DNA from: Squalus acanthias
Taxonomy: Eukaryota
Reading direction: 5' to 3'
Assembly: GCA_030390025.1 (NCBI GenBank)
Contig: CM059432.1
Location: 124,994,001 to 125,054,000 of the forward strand
DNA length: 60,000 bases
The notes under the pieces were generated by a model, which was not told the origin of the DNA, ran no database searches, and saw only the letters and a program-made list of their open reading frames with translations. This document shows, one piece after another, positions 24,309 through 36,793 of the stretch (positions are counted from its first letter, which is position 1; every line of letters starts with the position of its first letter). A program made the translations under genes and the position numbers.

Positions 24309-25305
24309 TTAAATTATCATTATGTTAACAAAATAATTTAATGGCAATATTTTGTTAAGCGTATAAGTAAATTTGTATGCATGATATTTTGTAAAACATC
24401 AATTATAGATTGTTTGAAGAGATGTGTAAGCAAATCAACTAGTGATAAAATGTAATGATATGATTTAATAATGGATTCATTGTACCAAACATGACAGCAT
24501 TGCAAAACATTTGAAAGCAAGTATTTCCTAAAAATGAATAATACATTTCATACAGTGTCATCATTTTAGAAAACCTTTGTACTCTTTAATTTTTTTCATA
24601 GAATAGAGTAGTTTTCTCAGAGAGTGCTGTGAATATTTTTCTCTGTTGGATTAATTATCAGATTATTTTTTGTGGTCACAGCACACATACAGTTAATATT
24701 TGTTACTGACTGATGTTTCTGCAAGTTACAAGAATATACATTTCAGCTTGGAATGCAAAGGGTCACTTCAGATCATTATTCCCTAAACATATTTCTTACT
24801 ACTTTTCTACTTAGATACACTCGATTTGCCACTTTTCGCACATACCACACACACTTATTTCTCTGTAAGCCTATACTTTGTTAGGATTTTTGTGCCTCAA
24901 TTTGAAATGAATTGCACCTGAATTAAAAGTGAAGCTGAATGGTCAAGAGTGGGTTCTCCTCCAAGCCTCTGGCAAATCTTCCTGAGCAAAGAGCAGATCA
25001 CCAAAACAACAGCCCTCAACTCTTTCCCTCTAAAGGGGAAAGACTTGGATAGACAATGGGTATCCGAGCTTAGGTAAAAGATCATAACAGCTAATGAAGA
25101 TCAAGCAACCTTGCTACACGTTGATGTGAATGCTATTTTATTTATAACATGTGTAGCAAAACATGGAATCTCACTCTGAACATGGAGTTCAGCTGCAAAA
25201 ATCGAAACCAAACTTAACCGAACTGGGCTTAAAGAAGAATGGCATATGTAGTAGTTGGTGGGTGAGTGATCAATTGACCATATTCTGCTGCCTGAGGGAC
25301 AGTAT

Positions 25306-25454
25306 GGGTGAAATTGGTCTTTGGCGAAAGGGGCGATAGTGAATTGCCAACCATTTTACACCGTGCCCAAAAGGGAAAATCGATCGCGGTGTAAAACGGT
25401 CTGGCGATTGCTATCACCCTGTTTCAGGCTTTCGCCAATGATTAATTTCACCCC
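25306..25454. mobile_element. Short Harbinger-type MITE
   Basis: TIRs gggtgaaatt and aatttcaccc. Confidence 0.7.
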
Positions 25455-25761
25455 AGCATCTCTTTAAACTAGTTTACATTGTGACTAAATTGAGCCTTGT
25501 GGGTAAAATGATGTTTTCTCTATTTTTGAGGAGTGGATATGTATGGCACTCTATAGTTGGATCGGGGAATATTTTGGCAGTCGCACCTTTTAAATGGCGA
25601 TTTAGTTACTTAAGAATTTTTTAAAACATTATTAAAACATGCCATTCCTAAAACCTAGTTCATGTTTCACTAAATCACCTGCAGGAATATTACGTCACCC
25701 ACCATTTTGGATGGCATTCATTAAATTCTATGGTATGTGATACAGAAAACTATAACCCTAA

Positions 25762-26644
25762 GGGGTAGAAATTAGGTCGCGCCCCATTTGGGGCGCAAAT
25801 ATCGTCTGGACGCAAATATTAGCGCCTGGCGCTAATTATCGCCACTGACTGGAAACTTCACTTTTACCGCCCCAGGAGGTGAGTGGAGCGCTAAAGCAGG
25901 CACTGCACACCTGTCTTAAGGCGCAAAGGCCGAGCAGTGAGGCGCTAACTCAGAGCGCTGGCGAAGCTCATGTAATGTCAGTCAGCAATGGAACACACAC
26001 ACAATGGCACGGGCCAGTTCTTAAAGGGGATGGTTAATCTTGCTTTCCATCCACATCCTGTTCATTGCAGCCTTGAATCTCGGCCTGGAGAGACTTGCAC
26101 ATCAAATGTGCTGGAAAGAACAATGGAGAGTACCAGGCAAAGAGCTCAGAGTGCAGCTCCCACAGTCTCTGCTAAATCGATACAAGGAATGGCAAATCAA
26201 AATGAACCTGCAAAGTGCTGCTCAGTACCCAAAACTCCTTCACACAACGTTGAATCTCTCCAGAAGTCTCTCCCTCTCTCTCTCAGAATGCGTAGTTCAA
26301 AAATGCCACCAACAATAAAAGACAGGAAGAGGCCCCCTTTAAATAGCGCCCCCCCCAGCCCCACAGCGATTGATAGCGTTCCAGTCTTCTGGTCGTTGGA
26401 TGCGCCAGGCGGTAAGGCAGGGGGCGCCACTCAATTTCCGCTCCGGGGCGCCACAAGGGCGTTGCACCATGGAATGACGTCATAATCTGCGCGCGCAGGT
26501 GGTCGCAGCGGTAAGTTTTAGCGCCGCCGCACAATCTCAAGTTAAGTTCTCGAGCGGCGCAAACATCGCTGCGCCCGGGCGTTAGCGGCTTTGCGCCCCT
26601 CTTAAGGCGCTAACGGGAGGCGCAACCAACTGAATTTTTACCCC
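25762..26644. mobile_element. PIF/Harbinger non-autonomous element (883 bp)
   Basis: TIRs GGGGTAGAAATT and AATTTTTACCCC, flanked by a TAA TSD (25759-25761 and 26645-26647). GC-rich subterminal gcgcc/tagcgc motifs. Confidence 0.88.
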
Positions 26645-26656
26645 TAAGTGTCTTAC

Positions 26657-26819
26657 CAGAAATGCCGCTTTCTACGGGCGTCATAGAAGTTGCAGGAGGA
26701 GTTGCAGAAGTTGTAGTTGTCCCAATGCTGATCACAGCGTCGCCTTTAGGCTGGATGATAATCAATGGCACTTCTTCCCCTGCTTCTGTGAACAATGCTT
26801 CAGTTTGGGTAACAGAAGC
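26657..26819 (-). CDS. RGS22: RGS22 coding exon (about exon 7), ASVTQTEALFTEAGEEVP...ESGIS
   Basis: 163 nt, ccttcctag acceptor and gtaaga donor, phase 0/1. ASVTQT resembles RGS22 ASYTQT. Confidence 0.88.
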
Positions 26820-26964
26820 CTAGGAAGGCAAATTTGTTACTTGCGATAATTATTTAGAACGTTATACTCAAAAGCAAGTTTATAGTTGGTTGTGCATTCA
26901 GTTAACAATACGCTCATCTAAGCTAAAAGTAGGAACTCAATAGAGCTATGAGCAACATGAATAT

Positions 26965-28680
26965 GGCCATTAAGGGATAGTCAGGATAATACCACAGGTA
27001 ATGATAGAGAGATGGCAGAAATATTAAATAATTATTTTGCGTCAGTATTTACCAGGGAGATAGAACAGGTGGACACGACAATAAGTGCATTTAAAATAAA
27101 AAAAGGGCATATATTAAATAAATTAATCAAACTCAAAGAGGATAAAACCCCTGGTCCACGCATTTTAAAAGAATCTAGGGAAGAGATAGCAGAGGCATTG
27201 CTACGCATATTTAATAATTTGTTAGAAAAAGGTGTAGTGCCAGAGGACTGGCGGATAGCTAACGTAATATCTATATTTAAGAAGGGGGATAAAACATGTC
27301 CAGGGAATTATAGACCAGTCAGCTTAACATCAGTGGTAGAAAAAATAATGGAATCCCTACTAAAGGAGAAAATAGAAGAGCATCTAGAAACCAAAAATAT
27401 AATCCATGAATAGTCAGCATGGATTTCAAAAGGGAAAGTCTTGCTTGATCAACCTGATTGAATGTTTTGAAGAGGTAACAGAGAGAGTAGACAATGGTAA
27501 TGCAGTAGATGTAATTTATCTGGATTTTCAAAAGGCCTTCGATAAGGTACCCCATAATAGACTGATGAACAAGGTCAGAGAATGCGGAGTCAGGGGACAA
27601 GTAGCAGAATGGATTGCTGGCTGGCTTCAGGACAGAAAGCAGAGAGTAGGAGTAAAGGATAGCTATTCACAGTGGCAGAAGGTGGGTAGTGGTGTTCCAC
27701 AAGGATCAGTGCTGGGACCACTGCTGTTTACAATTTACATTAACGATTTAGACATAGGAATCAAAAATACAATTTCTAAATTTGCGGATGACACCAAATT
27801 AGGGGGGATAGTCAATACTGAGGAGGACTGCAACAGGAGGACATTAATAAACTTGCAGAATGGGCATATAATTGGCAAATGAAGTTCAACACAGGTAAAT
27901 GTGAGGTATTACATTTTGGTAGGAAGAATAGGGAGGTCTCTTATCACTTGGAGGGTGCGAGTCTAGGTGGGGTAGAGGAACAAAGGGATCCAGGAGTACA
28001 AATACACAAATCACTAAAAGTTGCGACACAGGTTAGCAAGGCCAGAAAAAAAGCAAACCAAGCACTAGGATTTATTTCTAGAGGGATAGAATTGAAAAGT
28101 AGGGAAGTTATGCTAAACCTGTATCGAACCTTGGTTAGACCACACTTGGAGTACTGCGTACAATTCTGGTCGCCATATTATAAAAAGTATATAGAGGCAC
28201 TGGAGAGGGTGCAGAGAAGATTTACAAGGATGATACCAGAAATGCGAGGGTATACATATCAGGCTGTGTCTCTTTTCTCTTGAAAAAAGAAGGCTGAGGG
28301 GTGACCTAATAGAGGTCTTTAAAATTATGAAAAAGTTTAATAGAGTGGATACAGAGAGAACTTGTGGGGAAGAGCATAACTAGAGGCCATCAATATAAGA
28401 TAGTCACCAAGAAATCCAATAGGGAATTCAGAAGAAACTTCTTTACCCAGAGAGTGGTGAGAATGTGGAATTCGCTACCACAGGGAGTGGTTGAAGCGAA
28501 TAGTATAGATGGATTTAAGGGGCGGCTAGACAAGCATATGAGGGATAAGGGAATAGAGGGTTATGCTGATAGATTTATATGAGCAAAGATGAGAAGAGGC
28601 TCGTGTGGAGAATAAACGTCGGCATGGACTGGTTGGGCCGAATGGCCTGTTTCTGTGCCGTATATCCTATGTAATCCTTT
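26965..28680 (+). mobile_element. 5'-truncated CR1 LINE
   Basis: [33 protein letters not shown] and [13 protein letters not shown]1 tail. Confidence 0.93.
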
Positions 28681-29329
28681 GTTATGAGGATCTGTACCTT
28701 TGCTTTCTGCTTGTGAATGTTGAGAAGTATTGACACTCTACCCAATAATAAGTCCTTCACACCGCCCTCACTTAGGAGACTTTCCATTTCCTTTCTCCTT
28801 CCTATCTGTCCACTTACAATGACTCCTCTTGAACCTCAAGAAAATCTATTCTTGGTGTTTATTATAAGTCATTAACCTTGAGGAGGATGTGAACTGCTTC
28901 ATACAATGACATTGCCATCAATGTAATAGGATAAACTTATCCAGATGGTCACACACCATATTATGTAAATAACCACCATAAGGATTCAAAGAATAGCCTA
29001 TGCTACATGGGAATGTATAATTCATTGTGGCCCCGAATTTCTTCAGGGCCAGTAGAGTTCCTGGGGCGCAATGTGGCAGAGAGGAACTGGAGAAGCCAGT
29101 CGAGAACTGGGGTGGGGACCTAGTAAAGCTGGGTTTCCATCCCAAGGATCATCAACATTGAATTCCTGCTGGGGGCAAGTGTGGGAAGACAATAGGAGAC
29201 AGGACCGATGGAATGGTATAACCCATTGGATATACTGCAGCTCTCCCTTCCTAATGACCAATTGTACCGTATGCTGGCACGATACCATCGTCCAGTACCA
29301 TGGAGGGCTGTAGTATGCAAGGACAGTGG

Positions 29330-29890
29330 AGTTTAGGGTGTGTTTTTTGAGAAGGGGTTATGAAAGTGGTTTTGAAAAGGAGGGGGACAGTACCTGAGCA
29401 GAAGAAATGTCACCCGGCATGGAGACCAGGAAGGTAAGTTGAGTGGTCAGCACTTTAGTGGCAATGGGGGTCAAGTGCACAGGAAGTGGGTCTCATGGAT
29501 GAGATGAGCTCGGAAAGGGCATGAGGGGAGATGGAAGAGAAACTAAAGAAAGACGGGGGTTCAGGGCTAGCCAGGGGGAGCCTGGGGGAGGTTTGATTTG
29601 GTGGGTAAGTGGAAGGGGAGGAAGCAGCAGAGGCAGCTGAACAGATGGCTCAATCCAAGTAACAAAGAAGACTATGAGCTTCTCGCACTTGTTGTTGGAG
29701 GTGAGGGTGGAGGCTGCAGGGGAGAGGGATTTAGGAAGGTGGTTGGTAATGGAGGAAAAAAACCCAGGATTATCTTTGCTCTGAAAGATGATCCTGGAGT
29801 AGTGGAGAGTTTTGGCAGAGGAGAGTGAAGCCTGATAGCACTTGATGTGGTCCAGCCAGATCTGCTGATGGATGGCTAAACCAGTTGTAG
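29330..29890 (-). mobile_element. Degenerate L2-like LINE fragment
   Basis: Purine-rich plus strand with motifs typical of antisense L2 ORF2 (ggaagcagcagaggc, tggtccagccagatctg). Confidence 0.5.
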
Positions 29891-30699
29891 GTCACGAGGC
29901 CAATCTCACCGATGCCATAATTTGTAAAGTGGTGCTGCTGCCTTACATCAGTGCAGTACTAATGGAGTGCTTCACTGTTACAAATGCCGTCTTTTGGATG
30001 AGGGGTTAAACCGAAGGCCTGTCTACCCTCTCGGGTGGATGTAAAAGATCCCATGGCACTAATCGAGGAACAGTACAGGTATATTCCTGATGCCCTGACC
30101 AACATTTATCCCTCAAGCAACACCACTAAAATAGATCATCTGGTCATTTACCTCATTTCTGTTAGTGGGACCTTGCTGTGCACAAATTGGCTGCTGTGTT
30201 TCCTGCATTACAACAATGATTACAATGCAAAAGTATTGCATTGACTGTGAAGCGCTTTTTGACGTTGAGGTTATGAAAGGCTCTAAATAAATGCAAATTC
30301 TTTCTTTGTGCATCAGTCAAGCAGCTTTCCAATGCAACATTTGGCTCCCCCACCCAGCGGGCACCTATCATGCATCGACACTGGTTAGGAGACCCATTGG
30401 TTATAATTAAAGTCCTTGAATCCGCCCTGCCCCAGAAACTCCGGCAGGGTCAGTCTCTCACTCTCCAAGTGGATCACAATTCCTGATTTCTCACAGTTAT
30501 GGTGGTGGAACAGAATCGCAGATATTCAGTGCCTATGTATTCCTCCACCATATATGTGCGTGATAGCTAATCAATCTATATGCATAATTGACCACAATTT
30601 TTCAAACTACTTTGAAAATCCAAAATATGCATGCATTTTAAATTGGACCCATCTCATGAAAACCTAGATTTTATGGCAAGTGTCAAAATTAAACTTTAC

Positions 30700-31898
30700 G
30701 GGGGAAAAATTAGGTTGCTTTGCGCCTCCCATTAGCGCCCCCGGGGGCTGCTAACGGGGTGCAACGCCCCTAGCGCCCGGGCGCAGTGCCGCTAACGCCT
30801 CCCGTGAAATTTAGCGGCAGTAGCCGGTAGCGCCCCGCAGCGCTGCATCTCCGGTGATGACGTCATCGCCGTGCGCAGCGCCACCGCTTGAGCCCCGGCC
30901 GCAAATTTTGGTCACGCCCCGACCTACCGCCAGACGATATGTCCGACAGGGTCAGGGTGGCGTTTCTGTGGCCGCGGCGGCGCAAATTAAAGGGCAGGTG
31001 CCGGGTGGCCTTTTTTTTTGGCCGCATGCTAGTACCTGCCCCCTTCCGCTTTTTTATAGAAGCATAGAAGATAGGAGCAGGAGTAGGCCATTCGGCCCCT
31101 CGAGCCTGCTTCGCCATTTAATGAGATCATGGCTGATCATCCAAATTCAGTACCCTGTCTCTGCTTTCCCCATATCCCTTGATCCCTTTAGCCTTAAGAA
31201 ATATATCTAACTCCTTCTTGAATATATTTAATGAATTGGCCTCAACTGCCTTCTGTGGTAGAGAATTCCACAGGTTCACCACTCTCTGGGTGAAGAAATT
31301 CCGCCTCATCTCAGTCCTAAATGGCTTACCCCTTATCCTTAGACTGTGACCCCTGGTTCTGGACTCCCCCGCCATCGGGAACATCCTTCCTGCATCTAGT
31401 CTGTCTAGTCCTGTTAGAATTTTATAAATTTCAATGAGATCCCCTCTCATTCTTCTAAACTCTAGCGAATATAAACCTAATTGACCCAATCTCTCTTCAT
31501 ACGTCATTCCTGCCATCCCAGGGTGCCGTGCCGGCCGCGGTCGGTCAGCCCGGCACTCCTCTTGAGTGCTGGGCTGTTTTCTCTGCACCCCGCTGTCCGG
31601 TGGTCCAGCAGGGCCCCGGTATGCACAGCGCTAGGCCCCGCCCCTTTAATTAGGGGAGGGAGGCCTGCAATACCGCGGTGCTACGTGCCGAAGCGCGTGG
31701 CACGGTTGCATGCAGCGCCGCGATATTCAATGGTAGCGCCCCAGGAAGAAAGGGGAGCGCTTCCAGTAACACCCCACCTCCTGCTTGGGGTGCTACCACT
31801 GAATTTACGGCGCAGGAGCACTAACATTTTCGGGGCGCTAAAAGTAGTGCCTCGGTGAAGTTAGCGCCCCAAAGGGGGCGCCACCGAATCTTTCCCCC
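30700..31898. mobile_element. PIF/Harbinger non-autonomous element with a nested CR1 3' fragment
   Basis: TIRs GGGGGAAAAATT and AATCTTTCCCCC, 3-bp TSD TAC (30697-30699 and 31899-31901). Confidence 0.82.
31056..31521 (-). mobile_element. Young CR1 3' fragment
   Basis: Open frame GMAGMTYEERLG...KGYGE, nearly identical to 39155-39810. Confidence 0.92.
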
Positions 31899-32030
31899 TA
31901 CATTTTTGTTGGATTTTCTCTGTTATTATGCTATAAGTGTAAGATTAAACATCAATTCAAAGACAGAGCCACTGTTGTATCAATAACTTAGCAGCACAGG
32001 AAGGCATAAAGATATCACTGGCAAACTTGC

Positions 32031-32229
32031 CTCCCTGTACACTGACACCAGATCACTTTGCTCTTCATGGCCGATATACAACTCTTCCATGGCAGCTTCA
32101 ACCTTGTCCACAATTTTAGGCGTGGGGTTTTCTTCTATTTCAATAACCCATGGGCGGTATGCAGGATCTATTTGTGGCATGCCAGGTCCAGTGAAACAGC
32201 TGTCTAACTGAGACAGCAACTTTGCAAGC
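32031..32229 (-). CDS. RGS22: RGS22 coding exon (about exon 6), LAKLLSQLDSCFTGPG...; 3' boundary uncertain (GC donor after 32031 or weak GT donor after 32049)
   Basis: caattacag acceptor in phase 2. LAKLLSQ continues the RGS22 YRLAKLVSQ motif. Both donor options give phase 0. Confidence 0.85.
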
Positions 32230-33323
32230 CTGTAATTGATAATAAGAACAAAGCCTCGGTCAGGCAGATGATATTTATATGACTAATAACACGATTCCTT
32301 TCTTTTTTAGATATTAAACATCAACGCACTACTTTGTGTAACACTACACATTCACAATTTCTCTCTTTAGAGTACAAATATGAATAACACCTGAAAGTAA
32401 ATTAAGTGATGTACAGCAGACTGCAGGAGATAACAAGATATTAAATTGTATTGATGTTTGTAATGGCCTCTGTAAGAGCTGTGATATACTGTGTAGTATT
32501 TCATGATGTATAAATATTTATTCATTCTAAAAGAATAAAGCCAACATTTTAAAGCTGTTCGAAGTTTCTTATCCAGTTTGAGAGGAGCATGTTGAAGGAG
32601 TTTTCTGCTGCTGTTTACTGACACAGGAGCCATTGTGTCTGGAGTATGTTCTCGAACTCTGCATTGTATTATTATAGTTGAAATTGGTTACACAATTGGT
32701 TCACAATATTCAAAGCCGGTTGAAATTTGTTGCCCTGTTGTTGCAGGGATCAAGCTGCTATAAGTAAGGATAGAGTGACTGAACACCTTGAAAATTTTCA
32801 GCTGTTCAGAGAGAGCCAGCATGAATTTGTAAAGCGTAGGTCATGCCTACCTGATTGAATCTTTTGAAGCGGTGACTAAAGTGGACAGGGGAATGTCTGT
32901 GGATGTTATCTATATGGACTTCCAGAAGGCATTCAATAAAGTCCCTCATAAGAGACTGTTAGTTAAAGTTGAAACTCATGGAATTGAAGGCAAATTATTG
33001 ACCAGGTTAGGAAATTGGCTGAGCGGCAGGAGACAGAGTCAGGATAATGGGCAGGTACACTAATTGGTAGGATGTGACTAGTGGAATCTGTGTTGCGGCC
33101 TCAACTATTCACAATATTTATTAATGACTTAGATGATGGGATAAAGAGCTACATATCCAAGTTTGCCGATGAAACAAAGATAGGCGGTATTGTAAGCCGT
33201 GTAGATGGAAGCATAAAATTGCAAAGAGATATTAATAGATTAAGTGAATGGGCAAAACTGTGGCAAATGGATTTCAATGTAGGTAAGTGTGAGGTCATCC
33301 ACTTTGGACCTAAAGAGGATAGA

Positions 33324-33540
33324 AATGAGAAGTCGCACAACACCAGGTTATAGTCCAACAGATTTATTTAAAATTACAAGCTTTCGGAGCTGTCGCCCCT
33401 TCCTCAGGTAAAGGTACCTTTACCTGAGGAAGGGGCGACAGCTCCGAAAGCTTGTAATTTTAAATAAATCTGTTGGACTATAACCTGGTGTTGTGCGACT
33501 TCTCATTTTTGTCCACCCCAGTCCAACGCCGGCATCTCTG
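33324..33540. mobile_element. 217-bp Penelope-terminus-derived insertion containing a perfect 186-bp palindrome
   Basis: Arms 33323-33415 and 33416-33508 are exact reverse complements. 15-bp TSD CCTAAAGAGGATAGA at 33309-33323 and 33541-33555. Confidence 0.9.
33420..33457 (+). ncRNA. Minimal hammerhead ribozyme (mirror copy on the minus strand at 33374-33411)
   Basis: TTAC-CTGAGGA-A-GGGGC-GACA-GCTCC-GAAA-GC-TT-GTAA: cores, stem I TTAC/GTAA, stem II GGGGC/GCTCC and palindromic AAGCTT. Confidence 0.78.
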
Positions 33541-36500
33541 CCTAAAGAGGATAGAGCAGGGTACTTTCTAAATGGTGAAAAGCTAAAAACAGTGGAGGCC
33601 CAAAGAGACTTAGGAGTCCATGTACATAGATCATTATAATGTTATGGACAGGTATAGAAAATAATCAAAAATGCTAATGGAATGCTGGCCTTTATATCTA
33701 GAGGACTAGAATATAAGGGGGGTAGAAGTTATACTGCAGCTATACAAAGCCCTGGTGAGACCACACCTGGAGTACTGTGTTCAGACCTGGGCACCACACC
33801 TTAGGAAGGATATATTGGCCTTGGAGGGAGTGCAGCGTAGATTTACCAGAATGATACCTGGACTCCAAGGGTTAAACTACGAGGAGAGATTACAAAAACT
33901 AGGGTGATTTTATTGGAATTGTCAAGATATTAAGGGAACTGATAGGGTCGATAGGGAGAAACTATTTCTGCTGGTTGAGGAGTCTAGGATTATGGGACAT
34001 AGCCTAAAAATTAGAGCCAGACCTTTCAGGAGTGAAGTTAGGAAACACTTCTACACACAAAGTGTGGTAGAAGTTTGGAACTCTCTTCCGCAAACGGCAT
34101 TGATGTTAAGGCAATTGTTAATTTTAAATCTGAGATTGCTAGCTCTCTGTTAACCAAAGGTATTAAGGGATATGGGCCAAAGGCAGGTATATGGAGTTAG
34201 ATCGCAGATCAGCCATGATCTCATTGAATGGTGGAACAGGTTCGAGGGGCTGAATAGCCTCCTCCTCTGGTTCCTATGTTCCTATATTCTTCTGCTTGAA
34301 GGATTAATGGGAAGGACATTGTGAATAAGTTAGCGTACTTTATTCCATGTGTGAAGAATAATTGAGTGATGCATTGATCTGATTATAATACAAGCTATTT
34401 CATTTCTGGGATTGATTCATAACCTTTAATTAGCATCCTCCTTGCCCTTATCACCATGTTGTTAATTCTATGTAATCAATGTCAGTGATCTTATGTGTCT
34501 GGGTGAGAGCCATTTCTAAGAGTTCTAGAGAAGGGAAGGAAGTAGGGTATTTTCTTCTTTTCATTTTGATGGAAAAGTGGATGTGGTCGGTGTTAAGTTT
34601 TGGGTGGACTTTGGGTGGGAGATGGGCGGTGCAATCACGCTGCTCGCCTGAAATCCCTGCCAAGGGACCTGAGCCATTCTGAGGGCCGGGTCTTATTTAC
34701 ATTAGATGGGTGAGCAGTGAACACTAATCCAGCGCTCACAAGCAGCTCGCCGGATGCGGGGAGGGAAGGGGGGAGTCGGGAATTCTGGCAGCTCCAATGC
34801 AGAGTCGAGTCAAAGTGGTATTCTTTGGGGGGGGAGGGGTAATTGTGGGGGAGCGCACCGGCAGTGGGCCAGAATTTTTATCTGGGGCCAGGAGGAGAAT
34901 TTTAAGGACTGGCCTCTGGTTAAACTAATCAACATCTGGTACCAAAGGTACACACTCTGCCTGTTGGTACCTAAAGATTGCGTCAAGGTCCCAAACATCA
35001 CAGGACCCCAATTAGCATATTTAAATGAGGCTCCAGCCTGAAACAGGCAGGCACCAGGCCCGCCAATGGAGGAAAAGGGTGGTGGATGGGAATGGAGCAG
35101 AAATGGAGCAGTGCTTCTTAAAATCAATTATTTTGAATTAGGTTTTTTTTTTAAAAAGAAAATCGCAGCAATGATCCCAGTCACATTGCTCCCACACAGA
35201 CATCCACATATTGATGGACTTCCAGCCCAGACACACTTTAGTTGCAACGTGACAAGGTTTGACATCAAGCCCTACTAAAGTGTTACTGTACCTCAATTGG
35301 GCCACAAAAAACACCCAACCGTTCCACTCCGAAAGTACATAGTGGCCACCTGTAAATTACAGCCAATCCAGCCTTTGGCAAAAGCAGCAGCCAGGTTCCA
35401 CTATAGTAGGTTTGATAGCCTGTAAATAGATCTTAAAATGCTGGATAAAGGGTGTTCAGCGTGCACCTCTGTTAAGTTGTCTTATTAAGTTTGCACATTT
35501 TAACACTTTCGGTTATTTTTAGTTGGCAGCAACATTGATACTTTCAGTAATTAAATTTTGTTGAAAACTCTGCCGGGGGTAAGTTCTGTGTGCTAAGCAT
35601 AATGAGACTGCAAGCCCATTCTTTGTAAACAAGTTTATGCTTTTATTCCAGAGAGTTTATCTTTCCCCACTGTTTTCTCCAAGCAATATCTGTACAGAAT
35701 TAGTTGGTTGTCAGTACTGAAGGAGTTTTAAAATGTCAAACAGCTGTCCCAATAAACCCTGACATGCATTGAAGAAAGGTCAGAAAATAAACACAGTTTT
35801 AGTAATGGCTTGCTGGATAAGCACAACGGCCAGCTGAGTGCTCAGCCAGAAGGGCTAGGACGTGTTTGAGATAGCTGATCTCAAGTGAGACAATGGTAGT
35901 TGACCTCAACATAGTAGACTAGAGAAGGAAACAAAATCAGGGTTCCCACTTCTGACTGCTATATTGCGACCCCTGTTGTAAAGTGTGCACGTGTGCGCCT
36001 GTGCACACTCCTCCTGATAACGACAAAATTGGGCTAGGGTGTGCTGTTCCCCGCTGTTGAACGGCTCATCAATACTCCATCCCTATGCTCACATGTTAAG
36101 AAAGGCTTTTTTTTTGAGCGAGATACTGGAGTGCTGTGACATCCATGGGACTGTGTCGGTGCCTTCAAGAGAAGAGAGGGCAAAAGTAATGGACAAAAGT
36201 AGAGGTAAAAAAGGAAAATAGGACCAAGACACAAGAAGGAGCAAATGCGTTTTACTGCTGCAAAAGCTTTTAAAAATGTTAGGATTCCCACATCTTCACA
36301 GCCATCATTCCCAACTTGAGATCCTAATCTCAGGTGTGCCCCATGGCAAAGAGCCAAACGGAAGCCAGGTGCTTTCCTATTGGGAGGAAGGAAAAATCTA
36401 AAGGAACAGTGATTCTCCGGTCACTTTTGAACACCTCCTAATGGCTGGTTAGAAAGTGCCCTTGGCAGATGCCCTGGAGTATTACTCTAGCTTTACCTCT

Positions 36501-36707
36501 GACAGGGAAGATGTGGTGCTCTAAATTTTCATGGTAGTTTTCTGTACACCTATGCAAGCTAATTAATATATACTAAGCAATACATTGATGCATTACTCAC
36601 TGCAACGAAGTGTACATTACTTCAAGCTTGTTGAGAACATGTTTATCATTGTATAAGGTAAATATTAGCACAACAATCAGTCATAGAAAAGGATGCGGCG
36701 CGTTCAC

Positions 36708-36793
36708 CTGTACTCAAAGTAACAGTCACTCATAAGGAATGCTGGGAGTCTCTCTTTTTTTATCCAGCCAACACCCTGCTCCGGATCGAGGCA
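36708..36793 (-). CDS. RGS22: RGS22 coding exon (about exon 5), CLDPEQGVGWIKKERLPAFLMSDCYFEYR
   Basis: 86 nt, ttttcaattttag acceptor and gtgaac donor, phase 0/2. WIKKERLPAFL.SDCYFEYR is a strongly conserved RGS22 motif. Absent from the ORF track. Confidence 0.95.

Larger units (their letters stand above)
32757..34285 (+). mobile_element. CR1 fragment (same subfamily as 6710-11255), interrupted by the palindromic insertion
   Basis: YMDFQKAFNKVPH, SKFADETK and WQMDFN; tail ttcctatgttcctat. Confidence 0.9.
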
